Shown: in pieces, positions 46,283 to 53,534 of the stretch
Numbering within the stretch: the stretch's first letter is position 1
How the letters are laid out: every line of letters starts with the position of its first letter
Made by a program: the position numbers and the translations under genes
IMG/VR virus record: IMGVR_UViG_3300011741_000001
Location: 186,001 to 239,534 of that record
Direction: 5' to 3' (one strand)
Source: an uncultured virus (IMG/VR IMGVR_UViG_3300011741_000001)
Taxonomy: Duplodnaviria > Heunggongvirae > Uroviricota > Caudoviricetes
DNA length: 53,534 nt
The notes under the pieces: model-generated
Told to the model about the DNA's origin: nothing
The model's database searches: none
What the model saw: only the letters and a program-made list of their open reading frames with translations

Positions 46283-47117
46283 CGGATTCGGTCTCCGAAG
46301 GGTAAATGGTACGCAGTGCTTCTACCCCGTGTTGCAGAATCGGGAGTGGACTGATACCTTCGTTGTTAATAAGCTCCAGAGAGCGCTCCAGCTGCGCGTA
46401 GGCGGCGTCAAAGTTGTCAGCCACAGCAACACTCATCCCCACGCTGTAAACCAGCAGAAGCTCATCTGGGGCCACTCCGTTGTCTTCCTCGAAGTCCAGT
46501 GACTTCACCAACGTGGTCAGGTCAACCTGTGGTGGCAAGTTCATGAACGTCCACGCAGACGGGTTCTGTGGGAACACACGCAGGTACTGCGCAATACGGG
46601 CAGTCCGTGGGTCGGTATCCCCGGCTTGGGCATCCAGTGACGCAGCAGACAGGAAGTTACGCATCACCGTCATCACACGCGGTTCCACGTTAACAATCAG
46701 GTCTTCCATGTGCAGGTTGTCATCACCGTACACATAGCGAATCATGTTCTCCAGCACAAACATTGGTGGTTCACCTGACAGCACAATCCCGTACAGGGTG
46801 TCCATGTCTTCGAACTCTTCAAAGGCGGAGGTCAGGCCCTGAATGATGCGCACCATTTCACGGGGCTTATTAAAGCTCACCTGTGGGTTCACAGCCACAC
46901 CCAGTTTAGCGGCTAACGCCACGGCGCAGTGGTTCACCAGCATCTCATAGCGGATGGTTTCGTCGTTCTGGTCAGGCAACGGATTGGCATAAATCTCGGT
47001 CATTGCGACGTCATAGCCGAACTCGAGAATCAGGGCAGTTAGGTCTAGCATCGGAGCCGCACGCGTCTCATGACGGTACATGGTGATTTGGTCGGCTACG
47101 TCGTCGTAAATATTCAT
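46269..47117 (-). CDS. Conserved hypothetical, probable virion protein (phiKZ gp79-like), 282 aa
   Basis: AGGA SD; overlaps the vRNAP gene; synteny. Confidence 0.65.
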   Translation of the reverse strand: MNIYDDVADQITMYRHETRAAPMLDLTALILEFGYDVAMTEIYANPLPDQNDETIRYEMLVNHCAVALAAKLGVAVNPQVSFNKPREMVRIIQGLTSAFEEFEDMDTLYGIVLSGEPPMFVLENMIRYVYGDDNLHMEDLIVNVEPRVMTVMRNFLSAASLDAQAGDTDPRTARIAQYLRVFPQNPSAWTFMNLPPQVDLTTLVKSLDFEEDNGVAPDELLLVYSVGMSVAVADNFDAAYAQLERSLELINNEGISPLPILQHGVEALRTIYPSETESDEQD

Positions 47118-47154
47118 GGGGTTATGTCCTAGTCGGTGTCATAACAACCGCGAC

Positions 47155-47185
47155 AAAAAAGAAAAAGGGAGGCCGAAGCCTCCCT
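47155..47185 (-). terminator. UUCG terminator
   Basis: agggaggc-ttcg-gcctccct then a U-tract. Confidence 0.85.
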
Positions 47186-47189
47186 CAGG

Positions 47190-47669
47190 TTACTGACTCT
47201 CGCGCAAATGCTTTTCCATCTGTTCCGCTTCGTTCTTGCCTTTGTTCATGGCGCTTTGCACCGCGGTACGTAACCGCTGGAGTGTGCTTAGCATCATGCC
47301 TATCTCCCACCGGGGGCGATCCAAAAACTCATCGAAGTTCAGATGGAAACGTTCACCGACTTGTTCGCGAATGTACGTATCGAGCCACAACTGATAGAGA
47401 GAGCCGTGTAACGGGTCATCGAAGTCCGAGACGCCGACGTGGTCATTGCCCACAAAGTGTTCAATAGCCTCATCGTACGCCTCGATCAATTCGTCATGCG
47501 CTTCCTGATACGTAATGGGTTTGCCCGACCGGTTTTTGAACAGGGAGGACAAATCCAGTTTCAGTGTCGCGATCAGCGTCTCGGTGTTGACGCTGGCATG
47601 ATCTAACCAATACTTTCGTATTGAAGTTGAATGACTTTCTGTATTTCGGACACCGCACGAGAGAGCGCG
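47190..47669 (-). CDS. Downstream -1 frame ORF, probable frameshift extension of 47603-49609 (159 codons after the slip site)
   Basis: Frame open from about 47720 to 47190; first possible start is a TTG at 47552 with a weak SD; contains F.EFL..PRWE..MM. Confidence 0.6.
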   Translation of the reverse strand, partial: RALSCGVRNTESHSTSIRKYWLDHASVNTETLIATLKLDLSSLFKNRSGKPITYQEAHDELIEAYDEAIEHFVGNDHVGVSDFDDPLHGSLYQLWLDTYIREQVGERFHLNFDEFLDRPRWEIGMMLSTLQRLRTAVQSAMNKGKNEAEQMEKHLRESQ

Positions 47670-49609
47670 AAAAAAAGTCTGTCCGGGGAGATGGTCACAA
47701 TCCCGCGGAACGGGCCATCTTTAATCCCCTCCTGCGCTTTCGCACAGTGTGGACATTTACGACCCATGTAACCGAACACCGCCACGCGGGTCGCTTCGGT
47801 ATACGCAGAAATCGCTTCTTCGAACTTCGCCACGTACACACGATCCGAAGACAGGTCGGTCAGCAGCTTTTTAATCTCTGCCGGCTTGGTCTCCGTGGTG
47901 ACTTTTGCGTTGTCTTCGCCAGCTTCGTGAATCGAGATGGACTTCACGGTGTGCAGGTAACGAGTCAGGCGACGAGATTCGGCACCCACACGCATGTGCT
48001 GCTCACGGTCTTTCTCGGTGGCGTAGTCGGTCAGTGCGGCTGCAGTGGTGTCTGCAATCTCACTCGCCCACTCTTCGGTCACGTCGAAATAATCACCCAG
48101 CGTTGAACGGCCAAAGGTCACAACGATGCCGTCTTCTTCAAAGCGTTCTGCCGCAACTGCCGGGTGCGCCTGTCGGAAGGCCAACTGGTCAGCTTGAGAC
48201 AGGATGTTCTCTTCGCTTTCCGTCTGACGTTCAAACATCGCCCGCTGCTCTTCGGTGAACTGGCTGTTGCCCAGACGTGTGGCACGAATCAGGTTCAACT
48301 TCACGTCTTCCGAATGGTCGCACTCCGGGTTCATACAGGTCAGTGTCCACGGTACCCCAGATGGGTACTTGGCGGTCAACATCCCGATAATCACCACCCA
48401 GTAGTCGTCTTTGTCAATTTTATCAATCAACACCGACTTCATGTCCCCGCCCATCAAATCGAGGGAGGTTGAGGTCACGAACTTCAGGGCAAACTCCACC
48501 ATGTGGCGCAGGTACACACCGGACGAAGCGGACATCAGCAACCCGTAGGTGCTCATGCCAATCTTCGCGGTTTCCATGGCGAACTGGATATCGAAGTCAC
48601 AGAAGTCACGTTCGTGTGGCGCGGCAAACTGCAGATAGAAGCCCGATGCCGGCAGCCACTGGTTAACCGGGTTACCGGTCTTACGGTGACGACGCAGCGC
48701 AGACAGAGCATCCGTACCGGAGTTGTCTTGACGCACCCAGCCTGCATTACGGCCAGACTTAGTGGTCAAGTGTTGCTCCCATGCCACCCCTTCACGACGC
48801 AGTGCGCCTTGGAAGGCGGCTACACCGTTAGGCGATGAAGGACTGGTCAGACTCAACGCCGAGTAGATACGCCAGTAGGTCAGCTCTTCGTGCTCGTTAC
48901 GGAACAGGGGCTGACCGTTGTCGTTCTGCGGGATACTGCGGAAGAAGCGGTTAACCTGACGCGCCGTTTCTTCAGACGACTGCATCGGCCCGGTTAGCGT
49001 GTTCCCGGCACCCAGCAGAATACGATCCGGGTCGTTCTGATCCAGTGGACTGATTTCGCTGCGGGGCGCTGCGGCTCCCAGATTCACTTCAACCCGCTTC
49101 TCTGCTTCAGGCTGCGCCGGCGGCGGAGTAGGTGCAGGTTGTGGTTCCGGTGCTGGTTGCGCCGGTGCCTGTTCGTCAGACGGCAAAAAAGAAGGGGCCG
49201 CGGCAGGTGCTGGCTCTACCCGTTGCTCAGACAACTCTTCCGCATGATGATGGTGAGTTGTCTGGCCGCGGATTGGCGTATCCGAAATATGCTCATGGCG
49301 CGGTTGCACCGGCTGTTCATTCGCGTGGTTGTGCGCATCCAGCTCCTGATGGTGATGCGGAGACGGGGTGTCGTCGTGCTTCACCACGTGTTCAGGGCTA
49401 CCGGCACTGGTCGGTTGAGTGCGGTTAAACGATTCGTCTGCGGTTTCTTTTACCGCAGGTTCCGGTTGAGACTGACGGCGGCGGTCGTATTCGTGACTGG
49501 CCTGACCCATCCCCCACGACGGGTTCTCTTCGAGAATCTTCATGATCTCGTCACGGCGGGCGTTGTCTGTGTTCTGACGACCACCGGCTGGGCGTGCATC
49601 ATTCGACAT
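47603..49609 (-). CDS. Conserved protein (phiKZ gp77-like), candidate tail/baseplate assembly chaperone, 668 aa
   Basis: Disordered H/P/E-rich N-terminus; D.....I.M....YP.G......C....C and CPHC motifs ending near LFF, a layout resembling T4 gp26/gp51-type proteins. Confidence 0.6.
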   Translation of the reverse strand: MSNDARPAGGRQNTDNARRDEIMKILEENPSWGMGQASHEYDRRRQSQPEPAVKETADESFNRTQPTSAGSPEHVVKHDDTPSPHHHQELDAHNHANEQPVQPRHEHISDTPIRGQTTHHHHAEELSEQRVEPAPAAAPSFLPSDEQAPAQPAPEPQPAPTPPPAQPEAEKRVEVNLGAAAPRSEISPLDQNDPDRILLGAGNTLTGPMQSSEETARQVNRFFRSIPQNDNGQPLFRNEHEELTYWRIYSALSLTSPSSPNGVAAFQGALRREGVAWEQHLTTKSGRNAGWVRQDNSGTDALSALRRHRKTGNPVNQWLPASGFYLQFAAPHERDFCDFDIQFAMETAKIGMSTYGLLMSASSGVYLRHMVEFALKFVTSTSLDLMGGDMKSVLIDKIDKDDYWVVIIGMLTAKYPSGVPWTLTCMNPECDHSEDVKLNLIRATRLGNSQFTEEQRAMFERQTESEENILSQADQLAFRQAHPAVAAERFEEDGIVVTFGRSTLGDYFDVTEEWASEIADTTAAALTDYATEKDREQHMRVGAESRRLTRYLHTVKSISIHEAGEDNAKVTTETKPAEIKKLLTDLSSDRVYVAKFEEAISAYTEATRVAVFGYMGRKCPHCAKAQEGIKDGPFRGIVTISPDRLFFALSRAVSEIQKVIQLQYESIG
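47669..47675 (-). other. Slippery heptamer T-TTT-TTC, candidate -1 ribosomal frameshift site
   Basis: Codons CTT TTT TTC (Leu-Phe-Phe) in X XXY YYZ phase; the -1 frame joins the downstream ORF with no stop. Confidence 0.6.
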
Positions 49610-50300
49610 GTTCGTTATCCTTTACAGCTTCGTTAACAATCAGCTTAGCCGCTTCACGGGCCACCGCCGGTGGCAGTTCCAGCTTTTCGCCATTGCCAGC
49701 GTACGACACGGCAGCCTGCGCTTGTTCTGCAGCCTGCGCCGCAATCGCGTCTTGTTCGGCTTTCTCGTTTTCAGCCGCGATATGCTTTTCGAGATTGGCT
49801 TTGGCCATCTCCAGCGAGCTACCGGCTTCCAGATCACGTTTCACGAATTCCACGTTACGGAAATACGTTTCCATGATTTCCAGCGCCAGACCGGTGTACT
49901 TCTGACCGGCGATGGTCGCTTCAGTGGAGAGCTCTGCCATGCGCAGCTCAACCGGCAACACAAAGTCTTTCACCGCATCCCACTTCTCGTTTTCGAGACG
50001 GGTCAGCAGTGGACTGCCCACGCTATCCGCTTCAACGATGATTTTGTTGAGTTCGGTTTTGATGTGGTCAGCCAGACCCAGATACCCGGCTTTAGCCAGC
50101 GCAATCTGGTGGTCGTTATACACTTTCAGATCCCCGGTACGGGTGTCTTCGTTTTGCAGTTCATCCAGCGCATGGGCGAGTTTGCCCGACTCAATAATGA
50201 ACATATCCTGCACGTAGAAGATTTCACCCAGCAGGCGGCGGAGTTCATCACGGGCCACTTTACGTGGATTATACGCGGGTTTCTTTTTGCGTTGGGACAT
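49599..50300 (-). CDS. Hypothetical protein, 233 aa
   Basis: ATG 50300 (MSQRKKK) behind AAGGA; helical, coiled-coil-like. Confidence 0.72.
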   Translation of the reverse strand: MSQRKKKPAYNPRKVARDELRRLLGEIFYVQDMFIIESGKLAHALDELQNEDTRTGDLKVYNDHQIALAKAGYLGLADHIKTELNKIIVEADSVGSPLLTRLENEKWDAVKDFVLPVELRMAELSTEATIAGQKYTGLALEIMETYFRNVEFVKRDLEAGSSLEMAKANLEKHIAAENEKAEQDAIAAQAAEQAQAAVSYAGNGEKLELPPAVAREAAKLIVNEAVKDNEHVE

Positions 50301-50359
50301 GGAGATATTCCTTACGGGGTTACGGTGGGTTATATACACAGCATATAGCCCGAATGTGA

Positions 50360-50752
50360 TTAAGTGTTGTGTGGTACCGTCACCCAGTCGTGCCATTTTT
50401 CGGAGAACAGGCGATAGGCGACTTTCGGGTTCTGGCCTACATTCCCGGCAGGGTTGTCATTCCACAGTACCCAGCTGTACAGTTCGTACGAAGCGGTGCT
50501 GCGGATGGAACTCTCACGAGTCAGGTAATAGGTTTTGCCTCGCTGCATCACCTGCATCCCTGCAAAGTGTTCAGTGACCATGTAGTAGTGGAGCGCTGGC
50601 TTAAGCACCGTGTCTTTACACAGAGCAGCCAGCACCACACTAACGTCTTCGTCTACGCCGGGATACGCTCTTAGCACCTTTTCGAGGAAGCTTGCGAGGG
50701 TTAGTCCCGCGTACGGCGGTTGAGGCAAATTGGGAGTTGGAGGTGTTAGCAT
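50360..50752 (-). CDS. Hypothetical protein, 130 aa
   Basis: AAGGAG SD; overlaps the helicase 3' end by 113 nt. Confidence 0.6.
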   Translation of the reverse strand: MLTPPTPNLPQPPYAGLTLASFLEKVLRAYPGVDEDVSVVLAALCKDTVLKPALHYYMVTEHFAGMQVMQRGKTYYLTRESSIRSTASYELYSWVLWNDNPAGNVGQNPKVAYRLFSEKWHDWVTVPHNT

Positions 50753-52337
50753 TGTTGCTCCTTACCACATAAGGCGAAAAGGCAATTTGGAATGACTTAA
50801 CTTTCTCGCCCAGCGATTGCTTGCGGGAGTTCAAGTACACACCGTGTTTAGGGATATCGCTGCAGTGCAAGAACCAGACTTTCGGGTCCATCGCCCAACG
50901 TGTTTGTGCACGGGGTCGACCGGCTATCTGTTCGTTCAACTGCTGATCGTCAATCGGGATGGTGACATACGCCTGCATCAATCCCGGGATGTCAATTGCG
51001 GTACCGGCTTTGCCCGGTGTGGAAACACCGATGTCGGCCGCAATAAACTCGTCATACGAATCCCCGGCGTTATACTTAAACACCATGAGGTAATCCCACT
51101 CGCTCATGATCAGCTTCTGACGAATGAACTCGACAAAATACTGACACATGTCAACGGTGGCAAAGAACACCAAGGCTTTCTGTCCCGGCTCGTACGTTTT
51201 GAAATAGGTGCGTTGCATCAAATCCCACACCATCTCTGCGTACGACTCCTCCGCGTTGTTCTTGAAAATCCCCTTCTCGAACATCTTGTGGTTATACGGC
51301 GTCATTTTCGAGCCGTAGGTCACGAGTTTACGGTTCTCAATGCTGTAGTACAACCCACGGGCATCAATCACCGGGATAAAAGGAATACTCAGGCGGGTGT
51401 GGTTCGGGAAGCGTTCCAGATAACGGTCAGCGATGAACAGCTTGTTCTTACCCGGTTGCAGCGTTGCCGACATCCCCACCTCACACGGCGGGTTCAGCAG
51501 GATACCGGCCAGAAACACCAGATAGAAGTGTTCGTGGATTTCATCGGCACCCACCAACCCAATCCCGAGGTCGTTGTAGAAGTTCTCCAGCGACACGGGG
51601 TTCGAGTGCGCGGTGTTGAAATACTCCTTGAGGAACAGTAATAAGGAGGTGGTTGGGAAGATAATGATTTTGATGCCGCGACGGTCTAACTCTCCACTGC
51701 GTCCCATCTCAATCGCTTCGTAGATACCTTCCACCCCTCTACACACATGCACGTGTTCACGATCGACACGTAAACCGGTAGGGTCTTCGCAGCAGTCAAA
51801 CAGCCACTTATCCACATAACCCGGCCTGTGCAGGAGTCCCGTCCGGACCCCTTTCTTTACCATCACTTTTTGGAAGCTTTTCGTTTTTCCGCGACCGGTT
51901 TGAATCTCGAAAATCGTTTGCTCGCGCCCTTCCGTGGTAGCGGTATCAACAACTTCGTTCTGATAAAAGAAGCGTGACTCCGGATCGTCCACCGTCATCG
52001 CGAATCCGTAGTTATCGAACGTGCAACGATACGGCTCCCGACGACTGACTTGGTGGTCACGAATCTCGTAGTCAACCTTATACTCTACACCCACATTGTT
52101 AATGATGGACAGAATACGTTGCAGGTTGGCTTTGTGGAAATAGAAGGTTGTCAGGGTAGGGATATGGACATAGAACCCATCCCCTGCTTCTGTGGTCAAC
52201 CGACCTTGGTCTTTGCCCATCTTAGGGGCGTGCAGATTTTGCGTAGCCCAGTCCAGTATGGCGATTTCCATTTGCCGGACGGGTACTTCTACACGAATAC
52301 CCATCATCGTGTGGGTAATGTGAATCGTATAGCGCAT
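50640..52337 (-). CDS. Superfamily 2 DExH helicase (phiKZ gp75-like), 565 aa
   Basis: QTGRGKT, DEIH, MSAT, GTAIDIPGL, Q..GR.R; start ATG 52337 behind GAGGGG. Confidence 0.88.
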   Translation of the reverse strand: MRYTIHITHTMMGIRVEVPVRQMEIAILDWATQNLHAPKMGKDQGRLTTEAGDGFYVHIPTLTTFYFHKANLQRILSIINNVGVEYKVDYEIRDHQVSRREPYRCTFDNYGFAMTVDDPESRFFYQNEVVDTATTEGREQTIFEIQTGRGKTKSFQKVMVKKGVRTGLLHRPGYVDKWLFDCCEDPTGLRVDREHVHVCRGVEGIYEAIEMGRSGELDRRGIKIIIFPTTSLLLFLKEYFNTAHSNPVSLENFYNDLGIGLVGADEIHEHFYLVFLAGILLNPPCEVGMSATLQPGKNKLFIADRYLERFPNHTRLSIPFIPVIDARGLYYSIENRKLVTYGSKMTPYNHKMFEKGIFKNNAEESYAEMVWDLMQRTYFKTYEPGQKALVFFATVDMCQYFVEFIRQKLIMSEWDYLMVFKYNAGDSYDEFIAADIGVSTPGKAGTAIDIPGLMQAYVTIPIDDQQLNEQIAGRPRAQTRWAMDPKVWFLHCSDIPKHGVYLNSRKQSLGEKVKSFQIAFSPYVVRSNNANTSNSQFASTAVRGTNPRKLPRKGAKSVSRRRRRR

Positions 52338-52351
52338 AAGGCCCCTCTGAG

Positions 52352-52377
52352 AAAAAAAGAGGGGCACAAGGCCCCTC
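52352..52377 (-). terminator. Terminator-like hairpin overlapping a direct repeat
   Basis: gaggggc-cttgt-gcccctc then T7. Confidence 0.7.
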
Positions 52378-52381
52378 ACGT

Positions 52382-53534
52382 TTACTTCGGTACGGTAGGG
52401 AAAGCCCCATCGTACAAACTGGCTGGACGATGACGTCCCACCCAGAAGCCTACCGCGTTCAGGTTATCCTGCTGACCCTGGAAGAGCAGCATCGGCGCAC
52501 CGGAACGGATACCTATCAGGGTGTTGTGATCCACGAAACGTTTACCGTTAAACTCATTGGCCTCCTCACTGTCAAAGCCCACGGCCGGGAAACTGTTGGT
52601 CGGGGATTCTACACGGGAGATGGCGAGCATAATCGCCACGTGGGTCATCGGGACACCTTTCAGCTTACGGTTGATGTAACGGAAGGTATCGAACATGGCG
52701 TACGTACACTGTTTCTCAGTGGAGCCGCCCATCTCTACCAGCGTCAGGGTCTTCACTTTCCCTTGACGTTTGTTCATCTTCACGTTGCTGTTGACGTTAA
52801 TGATTTCATTCGCGTCTTCGTTCTTATCGGCAGCAATTGAACGCAGCTTGGTTTCTAACCCGGCTACGAACTCGGCCATCGATTCCGAACGGTTGGTGTA
52901 CGTCAAGATAGGGTGCTTGCTGTTCCACGCTTTCAGAGGCAGGTACACGAACTTCTTGTCATGTACCAACGTCTCACGATTACGCAGGAAGAACTGCAAG
53001 AAGGCTTTCGAGAAGTTTCCGCACACGCCCATACGGACATCCACAGGTATCTCGTCCACCACTTCCCCATCCTTGTCCAGCTGTTGGAAGGTCAGGTCAT
53101 TGATTTCCGGCAGCGCTGTTTCATCCACATCATCCAGCGATTCATGATAAGCAATCTGCGAGATTTCGGAATGAAGTTTGTCGGTCAGCACCAGCCGGTA
53201 ATCGTCCCACGTGCCACGCAACGGTTTCGGTAACAAGGCCAGACCCTTCTGGGATTGGCGGTCATAGTTACAGAGGAAGTCACGTTGTGCCCCGTGAATC
53301 GCCAGACGCAACAGTTTGCGCAGGAAGTCAAGGTGCTTGGTCGACAGAATCCCCTGCGATCCCTTCTCAGAAATCGAGGTGGAGGCTAAGTGACCCGGCG
53401 CGGTTTCTTCAGAGAGGTTGTAAATCAAATCTCCCATACAGACCGCACACACCCCTTGCTTCGCCATGTGGCGACACGTCATCGCACTGCGGAAGACCAG
53501 TGGTTTCCCAATCAGTCCTTCGTAATCGGCTTTC
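52382..53534 (-). CDS. rpoC: Non-virion RNA polymerase beta-prime C-terminal subunit (phiKZ gp74-like); 5' end outside the window
   Basis: FRSAMTC......VCAVCMG Zn site and SEKGSQGILSTKH trigger-loop region; frame open to the window edge. Confidence 0.82.
   Translation of the reverse strand, partial: KADYEGLIGKPLVFRSAMTCRHMAKQGVCAVCMGDLIYNLSEETAPGHLASTSISEKGSQGILSTKHLDFLRKLLRLAIHGAQRDFLCNYDRQSQKGLALLPKPLRGTWDDYRLVLTDKLHSEISQIAYHESLDDVDETALPEINDLTFQQLDKDGEVVDEIPVDVRMGVCGNFSKAFLQFFLRNRETLVHDKKFVYLPLKAWNSKHPILTYTNRSESMAEFVAGLETKLRSIAADKNEDANEIINVNSNVKMNKRQGKVKTLTLVEMGGSTEKQCTYAMFDTFRYINRKLKGVPMTHVAIMLAISRVESPTNSFPAVGFDSEEANEFNGKRFVDHNTLIGIRSGAPMLLFQGQQDNLNAVGFWVGRHRPASLYDGAFPTVPK

Noticed and set aside
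5604..47185. Recurrent ccgaagg hairpins as a repeat family or CRISPR
   Set aside because: Stems differ and all sit at gene ends with U-tracts: ordinary UUCG terminators, no regular spacers.
47670..47676. The 7-nt homopolymer as a sequencing error in one long gene
   Set aside because: Cannot be excluded without reads, but the exact slippery phase, short 0-frame tail and chaperone-like layout favour programmed frameshifting; check raw reads and orthologs.
49608..50348. Long antisense ORFs such as 49608-50348, 38984-39688, 32428-33078 and 20185-20847
   Set aside because: Mirror frames of codon-biased genes, with atypical composition and no convincing SD.
7296..53534. Fragmentary RNAP and DNA polymerase genes as pseudogenes or intron-split genes
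   Set aside because: Split subunits are established for phiKZ-like phages; no intron, intein or homing endonuclease motif was seen.

Overview
A 53.5 kb segment of a phiKZ-related jumbo myophage genome (Chimalliviridae-like). Gene content and order closely resemble the SPN3US/Erwinia group; homolog numbers are recalled from the literature, not from a database search. Core genes include portal, major capsid protein, DnaB-like helicase, three split RNA polymerase subunits, half of a split family B DNA polymerase, an SF2 helicase, DHFR, paralogous inner-head proteins with A-x-E protease sites, and baseplate/neck proteins. These are interleaved with clusters of small accessory genes behind a repeated AGATAGATRTTA promoter-like motif and many UUCG terminators. 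The best candidate for something undescribed is a -1 ribosomal frameshift at T-TTT-TTC (47669-47675, minus strand). It would fuse a 668-aa Cys-motif protein to a downstream ORF with no good start, giving a lambda G/GT-style tail-assembly-chaperone pair far from any tape-measure gene. Other candidates: a structured, possibly pseudoknotted RNA after the helicase; head-to-head gene pairs 13-24 nt apart, one sharing a palindromic double Shine-Dalgarno; a terminator/anti-SD switch before the SF2 helicase; and several microproteins missed by the ORF track. No tRNA, CRISPR array, intron, intein or mobile element was recognised.
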